Part shown: piece after piece, positions 36,631 to 47,513 of the stretch
How positions within the stretch are numbered: position 1 is the stretch's first letter
Layout: every line of letters begins with the position of its first letter
DNA from: a virus
Virus record (IMG/VR): IMGVR_UViG_3300050821_013777
Coordinates: 1-64,000 of that record
DNA length: 64,000 nt
Direction: 5' to 3' (one strand)
Translations under genes and position numbers: made by a program
The notes under the pieces: model-generated
Seen by the model: only the letters and a program-made list of their open reading frames with translations
What the model was told of the DNA's origin: nothing
The model's database searches: none

Positions 36631-37092
36631 ATGGCCGAAGGCCGTTCATTCTCTGAGCTGGCAGGCAGTGGGGTCCTTGGCGGCCCGCGCGCGGGCTCGC
36701 GCTCGACACCGAACCAGGTCCCCACACCGAACTCCGAGCCGCTCGGCGCGAAGACGGGTGCACCGCCACGCGTGCGCTTCTACTCGACGAAGATCATCCC
36801 ATTTACTGCGATCGGCGTGCGGGGCGCTGAGCCGACGCAGATCATTCCGCCGACGCCGCCAAATCGTCTCATCACGCTGACCGCACCGTTCGTCGGGTTC
36901 ACGATCTACATCGGCGACTCGGGCGTCTCTCCTACCACTGGACTGGCACTGCCGCCGGGCCGTGACTATCAGGCGCAGCTGGTCGGTCTGCAGGAACTGT
37001 ACGCTGTGACGGACGCACCCATCTATATGACGCTGCAGATTCAAGTGTCGCCGATCCTGTTCGCGGAGCGTGAGCGAAAGACCGAGCTGTAG
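36631..37092 (+). CDS. Beta-sandwich putative minor capsid/vertex protein
   Basis: TIYIGDSGVSPTTGLALPPG..ELYAV pattern. Confidence 0.55.
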   Translation: MAEGRSFSELAGSGVLGGPRAGSRSTPNQVPTPNSEPLGAKTGAPPRVRFYSTKIIPFTAIGVRGAEPTQIIPPTPPNRLITLTAPFVGFTIYIGDSGVSPTTGLALPPGRDYQAQLVGLQELYAVTDAPIYMTLQIQVSPILFAERERKTEL

Positions 37093-37104
37093 GAGCGCAC
37101 GCAG

Positions 37105-37692
37105 GTGATCCCCCTGGCGTTGCTCGCGATGACGGGACTGATCGTCGCGGCCTACAAACTGACGAACGACCACAATCTCGCGCGCATCGCTGCTGGCACA
37201 GGGCTGCCGCTGCAGTACGTACAGTTCGCGGCGAAGGCAGCCCACGCGAATGGGGTGCCGCTCGAATGGGTCCTGGCGACGATCATCGTCGAGTCGAAGG
37301 GAAACCCTCGTGCTCGCGGCGACGCTGGCGGAAAATCTGTAGGATTGATGCAGGTCAACGTCGTGGCGAACGCAAAGGTTCTGGCGAACGCGGGTGTGAC
37401 TTCCACACAGATGTTCGATCCGGCTACGAATATCCGCATCGGCACACAACTACTCGCCGGGTTCAAACAGCGCGTACTTGATGCGCTCGTCGGCCACGCA
37501 CCGTCGCTACCACTCGACGAGTTGACTCGCCTCGAATACAAGGGGCCAAAGTCCATCGAAGGTGCCATCCGAAGTGGCAGGAACCCGCTCACGGCGTATC
37601 CTGACGCGCCACAGGCCGTTACGCGTTGGCGAGAGGCGCTTGCGACGGTCCGAGCAGCAGCTGGACCGCAGACGATTCGCGTCTTCTCGTAG
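37105..37692 (+). CDS. Membrane-anchored lytic transglycosylase (SLT domain)
   Basis: N-terminal TM; IIVESKGNPRA, VGLMQV, FDPATNIRIG. Confidence 0.9.
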   Translation: MIPLALLAMTGLIVAAYKLTNDHNLARIAAGTGLPLQYVQFAAKAAHANGVPLEWVLATIIVESKGNPRARGDAGGKSVGLMQVNVVANAKVLANAGVTSTQMFDPATNIRIGTQLLAGFKQRVLDALVGHAPSLPLDELTRLEYKGPKSIEGAIRSGRNPLTAYPDAPQAVTRWREALATVRAAAGPQTIRVFS

Positions 37693-37881
37693 AGGGGTCG
37701 CGGCTCCGGCGGCGCATCGCGTGTACCGCCGGAGCTACTGTTTCCCCGCGGTACTGTCTTCTGCCACTTCTTCGAGTGGTGGCAGTCTCCGGGGCGACGA
37801 TTTGAGCGCGGCCGAGACGTAGACTACCACGGCCGGGCGCTTTTGACCCCGGCTGCCCCCCTGGTGTAGCCTGATCGCACG

Positions 37882-38349
37882 ATGATCGTCCGCACGTACG
37901 TGGTCAAGATGCCGACTGCCGTGTCCACGGTGCCGCTGGACATCCTGGTGCAGAACAACCCTGGCTCGCAGTCCGCACCTGTCGTGGCTGGCAGCGACGG
38001 CGCCTACTACGAGGTGCTCGGCCGCCCGTTTCGCATCCCCGTGCTCGCATCTGCAGGGCAGGCCGGTGGCTTCGTCTCGCCACTGCGTCTCGGCTTCTCG
38101 ATCGCGATCACTCCATACGCGGCGGCCATCTCGGCAGCTGTGCCGGGCGCGCAGCTCTCAGCGTCGCTCGCGAGCTTGTCGAGCACGGATGCAGGTCCGT
38201 CGATCGCGCTACCCGCGTTTCCTGATCCGGCTGGCGGCCCGTCGCTGCGCCTCGTGGGTGGCATCGCGACGGCAGGATTGTTCTTCATCGTGTCGCTGTT
38301 CGTGGCCGAAGCCAAAGACGCTGATCGATCGGGGACGTCGGGGAGCTGA
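37882..38349 (+). CDS. Putative virion protein
   Basis: TTGACC-18-TAGCCT promoter upstream; beta-rich. Confidence 0.55.
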   Translation: MIVRTYVVKMPTAVSTVPLDILVQNNPGSQSAPVVAGSDGAYYEVLGRPFRIPVLASAGQAGGFVSPLRLGFSIAITPYAAAISAAVPGAQLSASLASLSSTDAGPSIALPAFPDPAGGPSLRLVGGIATAGLFFIVSLFVAEAKDADRSGTSGS

Positions 38350-39860
38350 TGATCTCCTCGAACCTCGGCGCCGGCTACGCGCTCGTCACGTACCCTCCGG
38401 ACTGGAACCCGAACGAGGGGGGCGGCCCAGTTCGCCGCGCGCCTGGCTCGAACGTCGAGGTCGCGCACGCCGGCAACACCGTGTACCGCACGCCGAACAC
38501 GAACGTCATCGAGGCAGAGCCCGGCGCGCGCTGGCCGGGTGACCTCTCGAAGATGATGTTCCTGCCCGACGGCCGTCTCGTACCGGCGACGGCCGCTGCC
38601 TACGATATGTTCCGCGGCGCAGATGATCCGTTCGTACGTGGCAAGTTCAGTGTGAAGGTCAAGCGCTCGATCGGCGCGAGCGTGGTGGCGATCGTCGGCG
38701 CCGGCTTCGGTGCGGCGCTGGCGCCCAGCGACCGACGCGTGGCGGGCACGGTGGTGGGTGCAGTCGCCGGAGGAATCCTCGGGCTGATCTTCGGGTAGAG
38801 CGATGGTCACGCTCGCGCGCCCCCTCGGTTCATTCTCCGCCGACGCCAGGACCGCAGTCCAACAGGCGCCAGGGTACTTCATGGCCTGGTACACGGTGAA
38901 GTCGGTTGGCCTCTGTGTCGCCGTCGCAGCGCTGGCGTTCGTGATCGGGAGAGCAGGACGCAAATGTTCCTAGACGACGCCGGCCGCCAGCTCATGGCCG
39001 AGCGTAACGGCGAGCACGCGAACGCCAGCGTGCAGCTTCTCGGGCCTCCGAAGCCCACCGGTGCCGATGCACAGCAGGCGGCCGCACTGCTCGCGCCGAT
39101 GCAGACGAACCGCCAGGCGCGGATGGTGCTCGGCGTCGTCGCGCAGTACCTGCAGCAGGGCTACCAGACCGCAGCGACCGTGCCATCGTTTATCTCGCCG
39201 ATCGACGGCACGTCCATCGCGTCGAAGGCGATGATCTCGCTGCTCGACACGGACAACCGCTACGCGATGCGCGTCTACGCTGGGCTGCCGGACAACGACG
39301 CGCCGGTGAGCCCGCTCGATCGCAAGAAGGTTGCGCTGGCCGTGACACAGGCGCTGTCGAGCACAAAGCTCGTGAGCACTGAGGCGGCCGATCTGAACCG
39401 CGGGCTCGTCGGTTCGCTGATCGATCTGTTCAAAGAGGGGCTGCAGAAGCTCGCGACTGACGCGGCCCACAACCCGCTCGCGGCGCTCAAGTGGGCCGGC
39501 GTTGGGCTGGCGGTGCTCATCGGGCTCTTCATCGCTGGCAAGCTCGTGCACACGATCGCGTTCGGCGGCGCTGGGCACGGTGGAGAGGCCGATGCGCTGC
39601 TCGAAGCTGAGGAGGCGGCCGTGGCCATCATGGGTGCCAGGTTGCGCAAGCCCCGCCGCAAGCGTTAGAATTCTGGCATGATCGGTCAAGCACCACCCCC
39701 CAAGAGCAACGCGGGCCTCGCAGCGGCCATCTTCGGCGGCTTGGCAGCGGTCGGCGGCATCGCGGCGGCGGCCTACGTGTCGCGGCCGAAGCCCGCGACG
39801 GGCCCGAAGCTGAGCGGGCCGCGGTTCAAGCAGAAGAAGCCCTGCGGCTGCGGGCGCTGA
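38349..39860 (+). CDS. Four coupled membrane-protein genes (38349-38798, 38803-38973, 38964-39668, 39678-39860)
   Basis: Each has 1-2 TM segments; three end in basic tails. Confidence 0.65.
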
Positions 39861-40283
39861 TGAATCCTGAGCTATCAGCGTTTTTTGCGTCTACGCGGCG
39901 CTGCGCCACCAAGACAGAACTTGTTGATCTGCTTGTTGATGACCCATCCCTTGTGGCGATGGAACGTTCGGATCGTGCCGTCCCTTCCTTGTCGCGCCGG
40001 AATCGATCCACACCGCCACTTCTTTGGTACTCCGGGTCTCATGTGACGAATTTACAGGTTCGAGCGGAAAAATGAAAACCTGCTGGTGGGTAGTGCACAA
40101 CCTGCTCGCCCACCCACTGCTGGTTATTTGGCCGCGTGCAGGTCGTAGACTGCACGACTGGAGTGCATTCAAGATGTGAGCTGGGTCTTTAAAAACGCTG
40201 GAGGTCGAGGCCCTGCGCAATCGTACTGCGCAGGTAAACAGGAGGATTATCTCCCTAGCTCCTAAAGGCGGTCTGAATGGAGT

Positions 40284-41393
40284 ATGTCCATGGCCGTACT
40301 ATCAGAGTTGATAAGATTCGATGCTACCGAGCGGTCTGCCTCGCGAGTCAACAAGCCAGAAGTTTCGGAAGCGCTGAAGGATCTTGCCGCCCTACTGAGA
40401 TTGGGTAAATTCAAGACCCAGCGCTGGCGCGACGAGCTGCCGTGGGACGAATCCTACGTCAAGGAGGCTGTCGCCATCGAGCGCGTCCTCCAGCCCCACC
40501 GCCGCGCCGGCTTGGTTGGGGCATCGGCCGCAGCTCCCGCGGGGCTTGAAGAAGCGGGGTTCATCTGGCGGCAGATCCTGCGGGGAAGCGATGTACAGCC
40601 CTTCGATCCGTGCGCCGATAGAGGTCCCTGTACTAAGAAGGACAGATATTACGTCGAGCATGTCACCATCTCGGTCGATCACCCCGACTCTATCCTCCGA
40701 GCGACCCGATCTCCTGTTACGCCGCTGGCCAACATTAGGAAACTCGCCGACGCATTCTGCTTCGTAGCCATGCCCCTGTGGGCGCTCGATCCGCAGATCT
40801 TTACCAACGAGATAAGGCGCTCAGTGGACGCCTTCTGGGACCTCGAAGATCTCAACTTGGACGTCTACGCCCTGGCGCCCCTATCCCTATACTCCTTGGC
40901 TGGGCATGTCGCCAGTGAAGCCGGTACCGAGATGTACGCCCCGCCACCGTTACAGCAAGTAGTGGTGGGCCTGCGGATGAATGTCCCCATGTTCCGCTCT
41001 ATGCAGATTGATGTGGCCGACCTGCGGAAGGACATGGAGCAACTCCGCGCTCGGGTCGACAAGTTGGAGGAGACCACCCGTAGTATGCAGCGGCAAATTG
41101 CATCAATACAGGAGAGCTTGGCTTCAGTACAAAATGAGGTGGCCGCCCAGCGCTTGGAGATCCTTAATCTGTCCTCCCTGCTCTCCCAGGCCCAAGCGGC
41201 GCCGACCTACTTCGGCCAAGACCCGCTGCTGTTCGCAGTACCCCGGGGTACCATGCTCGCGACGGCCAACGTCCAGGCCATCCTAGGCCCCTGCTGGGGT
41301 GCCGACATTGATGATGCAGTGGTCACGGCCGCGGGGTTCCGTCCCAATAAAGCTCTCCGCGCCAAGTACACCAAATCGCTGAGGTGGGCATGA
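40284..41393 (+). CDS. Unknown 369-aa protein with a long coiled coil; atypical codon usage
   Basis: Heptad segment VADLRKDMEQL..LSQA; more A/T-ending codons than neighbours. Confidence 0.7.
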   Translation: MSMAVLSELIRFDATERSASRVNKPEVSEALKDLAALLRLGKFKTQRWRDELPWDESYVKEAVAIERVLQPHRRAGLVGASAAAPAGLEEAGFIWRQILRGSDVQPFDPCADRGPCTKKDRYYVEHVTISVDHPDSILRATRSPVTPLANIRKLADAFCFVAMPLWALDPQIFTNEIRRSVDAFWDLEDLNLDVYALAPLSLYSLAGHVASEAGTEMYAPPPLQQVVVGLRMNVPMFRSMQIDVADLRKDMEQLRARVDKLEETTRSMQRQIASIQESLASVQNEVAAQRLEILNLSSLLSQAQAAPTYFGQDPLLFAVPRGTMLATANVQAILGPCWGADIDDAVVTAAGFRPNKALRAKYTKSLRWA

Positions 41394-41587
41394 GTCCATA
41401 CGAAGCGCGGCTGCTTGTACGAGCGCTCGACGCTTTCATGGACGCTCGAACGGAAGCCACCCGAACAGCACTCACGAAAGTGTTGGAGGCTGTTCCTCTC
41501 GACCGAAACTATCGTGGAGGGATGCTGCACCTGGAAGCTCTCCATGAGCAGCATGAGAAGGAGCCGTACTGAACTCCCTTCTAGCGA

Positions 41588-42330
41588 TCAGCGCGGCACG
41601 ACGCAGCGGCGGAAGAACTTCTCGCGAGCCTCGCCGAGCGCCCGGCGACCGCCGCCGGTCTTGCCGTGGGCCTCGTGGGCGCGCCCCAGAGCGTTCAGGG
41701 CCGCGGTGCAGTGGCCGAAGCCAGCATTCGAGATGACCTCGTTGGCGTGCGTCTCGACGAGCTGAGAGCGCTTGGAGCGACGGCGGCGGGTCACTTACTT
41801 CACACAGGAGCTTTTGAACACCGAAAACGCCTTGCTGGTCAGCTCTGTACGAAGCGAGATCTGCCTGCCGCCGGCTCGGCGTTCGCTCTGGGCGCGACCC
41901 ATGTACATCGCCATGTTGTGCAAGTAGGAGAGTGCCGCTGCGCACGAACGATCTTTGACAGCCGCGATGGCGTTGCCTGCAGCCGCCTCAGCTTCATGGG
42001 CTGCCGCATCGAAACGTTTTGTGTGCTCCTCCGCGCTCGACCCCAACCCCCGCCGCCGACGCTTCACTTGCCGCACGCCTCTTCAGCAAGCCCTGCCGCT
42101 TTGTGCAGCCGGCTGCCGCTGAACCACAGGGCGGCCGCGCCGAGCAGCGACAGCGCCGCAGGGCCCCACCCCTTGTGGAAGCCCCGGTAGATCCCGTAGC
42201 CGCCGAGCCCGAGGCTGCCAAGGCGGGTGACGCCGCCGGCAACCTTGAGTGCCGTCGCGTTCGGGCAGGAGGGCATCGGGCCGCCCAAGAGCTGGACGTC
42301 GGGAGAGCCGCTGATCGTGTAAATCTCCAC
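41588..42330 (-). CDS. Three small genes: two basic CxxA..FxxxC proteins (41588-41794, 41795-42067) and a 2-TM protein (42064-42330)
   Basis: Coupled ORFs; poly-Arg N-termini. Confidence 0.6.
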
Positions 42331-42510
42331 GAATCAGATGGTACTAGGATAGTGGGTTGGCGTGCAACTCTTCGGCTTCGACGGCAGGCTGTCCCACCTC
42401 CACCACGCTCATGCCGGGCACCAAAATATTAAGAGTGATCGACGCGCCCGACCCCACGGTACACCTTGCCGTCGATCGCGGTGATTTTGTCGCCCGGCGC
42501 CCGGAGCATT

Positions 42511-45500
42511 TCAGTGGTTCAGGACTACGCGGGCTGCGAAAGTGTTCTGGCCAATCACGCCAGCAGGTCCCGTCGGCCCGGTTGGACCGATCGGGCACGG
42601 CTGCCCTGACTCCCAGAGCTTCTTGGCTGCGAGCAGCACCTGCACGTCCTCAGAATCTTCTGCGTGTGCGCCACGGACCCACGAAATGCCCTCATCGTGA
42701 TCGTAGGCAGGTACGATCGGCGTCGCGGCGCGGACCTGCGGCTCGTCTGGCATCCAGTAGAACCCGATCGCTTCTTTGTAGTCGGGAGGCGCTGCTAGTA
42801 GTCCCTCGGTGACAACGCTGCCGATCACTATCTGCCCGCTGACGAGCCCAGTGATCTTGCTGTCGCGCGCCGGTCTCACTCGGCGACCTGAGCCACTTGC
42901 ACCACAGCGTTGCCGCCTTCGAGCCTGTAGTCGAACGAGACGACCACCTTGTCGTCCTCGCTGGCCACGTCGCAGTTGCTGTCCTTCATGGCCTTGAGCG
43001 CGCGGTCGCGGAGCCTGCCGATAACCGCGAATGCCTTTTCTGTGTCGGCGCGATCGGCCTCGGCGATCGGGATGGCCACGTCGTCGGCGATCAGGTGCAC
43101 GTCGTCGTGCACGCGGGTGATGGTTGCGTCGGAGGCTCGCTTCGTGGCAGGCCGGAACACCATGTTCGGGGATTATGCCAGGCTCCTGGCTGAGGCGTCA
43201 AGACGGTAGGCGGCGAGGAGAGCATCGGGGTTGTCCCAGCCCTTGGCCCAGACCGTGCCCTGCGCGGCGTAAGACAAGACCCACCAGTCGGTGCCGCCGA
43301 CCACGACAATAGGCGATCCATCTGACGTGTGCCCCTCGACGATCCCTTTGAGGACGCGCCAAGAATTCCAGTCGTGCCCACCGAATACCAACAGCACGCG
43401 CTCCCCTGCCTCCACCGATGCCGGATGCAGCGCCACCTACGCCGACCACTCCAGCATGAACGCCGCGAGTAACGACTCCCGTCCCGCGGCGCTCGTGTCT
43501 CGGCTCCAAGTCACGCCCTCATCGCGCACGCGCAGCGCCGCAGCTGCAGGATCGTGCTGGCCTGCTCGACAGTTGAACCAGTCGCCGTCGACGTCGTCTG
43601 GGCGACTGAAGCAGGCCACTATGTCTGCTTCTAGGATTCGGGGATCGCGATCAAAAAATCGGCTTCCTTCATTCACGATCACGATTCTGGTGCCTGGATG
43701 CAGGTCCATCAACGACGCCGAAAGCTCGAAGCGTTCTTCGCAGGGACGGGCCGAAATCGCGGTGGCGCTGATGGACGTCGCAGCTGGTTGCGCACGGTCA
43801 TGTCGTGCCAGTCCGCGACGGCGTCGCTCAATCCCTTCATCGCGTCGGTAAGCGGATCTCGATCCTCTCGCGCGAGCATGTTCGCCGCCTTCAACGACTC
43901 GACTTCGCTACTCTCCTCGCGGTGATCGCCCCGAATCCAGGTGATACCCTCATCAGCCACAAGTAGCGTCCCTGATTTGTGCACGTCGTAGAAATGGTGC
44001 CAGTCGAAGCGTCCAGACCGCTGCAGCTGAGTCGTCGGGGCAGCTGCGCGCACAACCTTACCGTTGTTGCACACTATGATGATCGTGAAGCCGATCATCG
44101 ATCGCGCTCTCCTGCAGAGAACTCGGCGTCCCACTGGTCGAGGTTCGCGACCCATGCTTCGCGTGACATCTGCCCACGCATGTACAGACCATGTGCTTCT
44201 TCCAGACCTATCGCCTTTGGCCCGCGCAGCTTCCACGCAGCGAGCATCGCTTGCGCGTCCTGCGAATCGTCACCGTGCCAGCCATTGATCCAGTCGATGC
44301 CCTCTGCTCCCTCATCACGCGCGGCGCCATGCCTAATGCCACGGAGAATCACCCCGTTCTTGATGCGCGTGACGAGACGCTGTGCGGAGTCACTCATTGT
44401 GCTGCCTGGGGCGGCTCCTCTTCGTCGGTGTCGATCTCGCCGGCCTGCATCTTTGCCTCGGCTCGATCAAATCCGGTCATGAGCTGTTCGACGCACGATC
44501 GGCATAGTCCAGCGAACGCAGGTATACCGTTGACGATGACCTCCCTGAGTTCGAGGCGCGCGAGCAGCTCCGCCGGCTGATCGCACATGGAGCAGATGCA
44601 ATCGAACTCGTCACTCGGGAGGAGAAAACGCAACTTCATGTCGCTCGACCTCACGGTTCGCTGTTGGTGAGCTTCTGTACAGCGTCGACTACGACGAAGT
44701 CGGACTCGGTACGCTCGCCGCGCACCCACGTCGCACCCTCGTCGGCGAGCTGGAAGTAGTGGTTGAAGAGTGCACCGCCCGGAAGGCGCAACTGCACGAA
44801 CATCCGTGTGCCGTCGACGGTGTGCACCTTGCCGATGCCGAGCACGCCGCCGCGTGACCGCGCTGTGATTATGTCACCCTGTTTGATCATGCTGCGCTCC
44901 TTGCCAGTTTTGCCGCTGCGAGCAACGCTCGCGCTTTGTCATCCCACGCCTGCAGCCACCCGCGTACTCACGTCGCACCCTCGTTGGCATCATCCTCGAA
45001 GCCGCTGCGCAAATCAGCGTCGGTCCACATGAACGAACCAACAAACTGATGCCCACATACCTCGCCGTGGTACAGCCGGCCTGTGTGCTCGCCAACGACG
45101 GTCACCTTCGTGCCGTTCGCAGGGCTGTTCACGCGCTTGCCCATCAGCGCACCAGCCCCTGTGGGATGAGCTTGTCGTCCCAATAGATGTCGTCGTCTAA
45201 CCAGTGGTAGGAATCGTCGTACCAATCTTCATCGTGCAGGAATAACATCGACGACTCCCTGTTTCCTGCGAGCGCAAAGGCGGCCAACATCGTCGTCACG
45301 TCTTCGCTGTCGATGTCTGGCCAACCGCGAATCCAATAGATGCCCTCGTCACGTCCGTCACAGTCGAGCACGAACGAGCTGATCCCCGCGGTTATCTCAG
45401 CGCCTACGTAGAGTACGGCCTGTTGTTGGCAGAAGCGCGCTCGCATCACGAAGGTCGAGCCGTCTGACAGATACACAGCAGCGGTAATCTTGTCGCCAGC

Positions 45501-46813
45501 GTGGAGGCTCATTCTGCACTCCGTCGAAGCCGCCAGCTCGCGAGCAACGCGTCGACTTCAGGTGTGCCGCGCTCGTGCCAACCACGAATCCACGTCGCGC
45601 CCTCGTCGGCGAGCAGCGCTGTTTCAGCGTAGCCCCACGAGGTGCCCCAGCGGAACCTTCCACGGTTGTCGATGTCGACGGCGCCGCTGACGTCGACACG
45701 ATGTACGAAGCCGCCATTACTGACCGCTGTGATGTACGGCCAGCCTGTATACTTGTCGAACAGCAGATGAGGCAGCGATGGCTGCACTTCCTGATCGCGC
45801 GTGCTCATCGTCGGCGTTCCGCTGCGCGCTTCAGGACCTCGGCCCATGGACGCAGCTCAAAGTCGTGTTCTCCTTCGTGCCCTTCAGGCAGTGGGCACGA
45901 AACGTAGTCGTAAGCTGGCCCGCGCGCGTTGCAGTCGCCGTCGATCTGCCGATACTCGTTCACGGCTACAAGCACGTGACCTGTGTGGGATTTGTAGAAG
46001 TTTGGATCGACGTGGCCGATCTCGCCCGGTACCGAGATGGAGATCTCAGTCCAGCTCTTTGTCATCGACGCGGCGACATCAGCGATCGTAGCGAGCCCGT
46101 CGCGGAACTTGATTAGGTCGCGGCATGTGCCGTCGCCGCGATTGAGGTGCAGCCCAGACTCGGCATCGCAGTCGAGGCAACGCACGTCCCAGTAGGTGCT
46201 CACGCTGCGCTCCTGGCGAGCAGTCCAGCAGCACGGAGCGCAAGAGCTTCAGGTTCGGTTGGTCTGTACCATCCTCGAATCCAGGTCACGCCTTCGTCGG
46301 CAAAGTAGCGCGAGCAAGCCCAGCCGCCTTCGCCCACTCCGCCGTTTTGGGCGCTTTCAATCGCCGCGTCGAATCCCTCGCGGAGAAGATCCCGACCACT
46401 GACGCGCGCCAGATATATACAGCTGTCTTCCGCGTCGAAGAGCGTAATCCCTATGCCTAGTACCAGCGCGCTCACGGCTCGAAGCTCCCAACGAGGGCCC
46501 GTGTCGCAACGAGCGCCTCGGTGTCATCGACCCAGCCTGGCACCCACGACACGTCTTTGTCGGCGTAGCGGTGCTCAGTCACAAGCCGGGTGATCGTGTG
46601 CTCGGCCTTGAACGACACAGAGCCGAGCGCCACGATGTGCGCGTGCCCGGCGCGGTAGGTCCCGCGAAGAGCGTCATCCGCGAGGAGTGCTGTGACCCGC
46701 GAGACGACGATAGTGACCTGCTGGCCGAGGAAGAAGCCCGGCGGCGGGTTGACGATCTGGGTGCGGGCTTGGGTGGTGGGGCGCCCGAGCCGGCCTGCTG
46801 GTCTGGTTATCAC
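42511..46813 (-). other. Tandem array of 11 DEGxTW-family paralogs: 42511-42879, 43173-43436, 43437-43712, 43709-44098, 44095-44397, 44651-44890, 44887-45144, 45144-45512, 45509-45808, 46200-46475, 46472-46813
   Basis: Each has a GxxI/V beta-rich N-region, a DEGxTWxRGW-like motif and an ALLAAxxL-like helix; three unrelated small genes are interspersed. Confidence 0.85.
44887..45144 (-). pseudogene. DEGxTW-family gene with in-frame TGA at the conserved Trp
   Basis: Reads NEGAT*VRGWLQAWDDKARALLAAAKLARSAA*; TGA at 44968-44970; the distal stop forms an ATGA overlap with the next gene. Confidence 0.8.
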
Positions 46814-47060
46814 CCTGCTGCCCTTTCGTTGACCGCTGGGCACGTGATGCATCGAACACGGGTAGGTGCGAAGGTGGGCTTGCGCGAGATGATCGCGCGC
46901 ATCGGGTTTTTGGCGAGCGGGATGGAGACGGCTTTGTAGCACCCGCATTCCAGCGTCAATATCCAGCACTGACCGCCGCCGCGAGTGTCGCGCGTCTCGA
47001 TGTGCACGACGTCGCGCCAAGGACGCCAGTTGCCGTTTTCGTCCTTGCCCAGGCCCATCC

Positions 47061-47513
47061 TCACGTCTCGTTGAACGAGCCGGACAGCTCCTGTCGCGCG
47101 CCAGCGAACGCGGCGAAGCGCTGCTCGATCTCCATCGACTCGGCGAAGTCGTAGCCGAGCCCGAGGCGTAGCAGGTGGCGCACGGTGCCCAGGAAGCCGC
47201 TGATGCCCTGCTTGGCCTGGTACTTCTCGATGGCCGTCTTGAGGCGCGCTTCCATTCTGCAGCCACGGGTCGGCTCGTCGAGCGCCTCTGTGTCGAGCGC
47301 GTTGCCTGGCGACCAGCCGAGCTGCGTGCGCAAGAGAAAGCGCGCAGCGGCTGCCAGATCACATGATGGAGGTGTGCTTTCGTCGGTGCAGAAGTGCTGG
47401 CGGGCGTACTTGGTCAGCGCCTGGCCGGCTTTAGGCTCCAGACGGAAGCCGGGGATGACGTTGCCACCTTTGATGTGCTCGTCACGGCGACTGTGGGCTC
47501 CGCGGAGGGTCAT
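47061..47513 (-). CDS. Tandem ribbon-helix-helix-like regulator
   Basis: Internal repeat GFRLE..ALTKY..ARFLLRTQLG / GCRME..AIEKY..VRHLLRLGLG. Confidence 0.6.
   Translation of the reverse strand: MTLRGAHSRRDEHIKGGNVIPGFRLEPKAGQALTKYARQHFCTDESTPPSCDLAAAARFLLRTQLGWSPGNALDTEALDEPTRGCRMEARLKTAIEKYQAKQGISGFLGTVRHLLRLGLGYDFAESMEIEQRFAAFAGARQELSGSFNET

Noticed and set aside
35614-37092. 492-aa ORF as one protein
   Set aside because: The upstream part overlaps the LAGLIDADG gene and 36131-36625; the likely start is ATG 36631
44968-44970. Genome-wide TGA=Trp recoding
   Set aside because: Dozens of genes end in TGA with ATGA/TGATG coupling, and other conserved Trp codons are TGG; this is a single case
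30836-46220. Terminal RSAA* shared by several paralogs as a separate protein motif
   Set aside because: Its codons supply the GGAG Shine-Dalgarno of the coupled downstream gene; this may explain some Ser residues of the tag but not the preceding AxxxL
42511-46813. Diversity-generating retroelement or CRISPR-like array behind the paralogs
   Set aside because: No reverse transcriptase, no template/variable repeat pair and no nucleotide-level direct repeats; similarity is at protein level only
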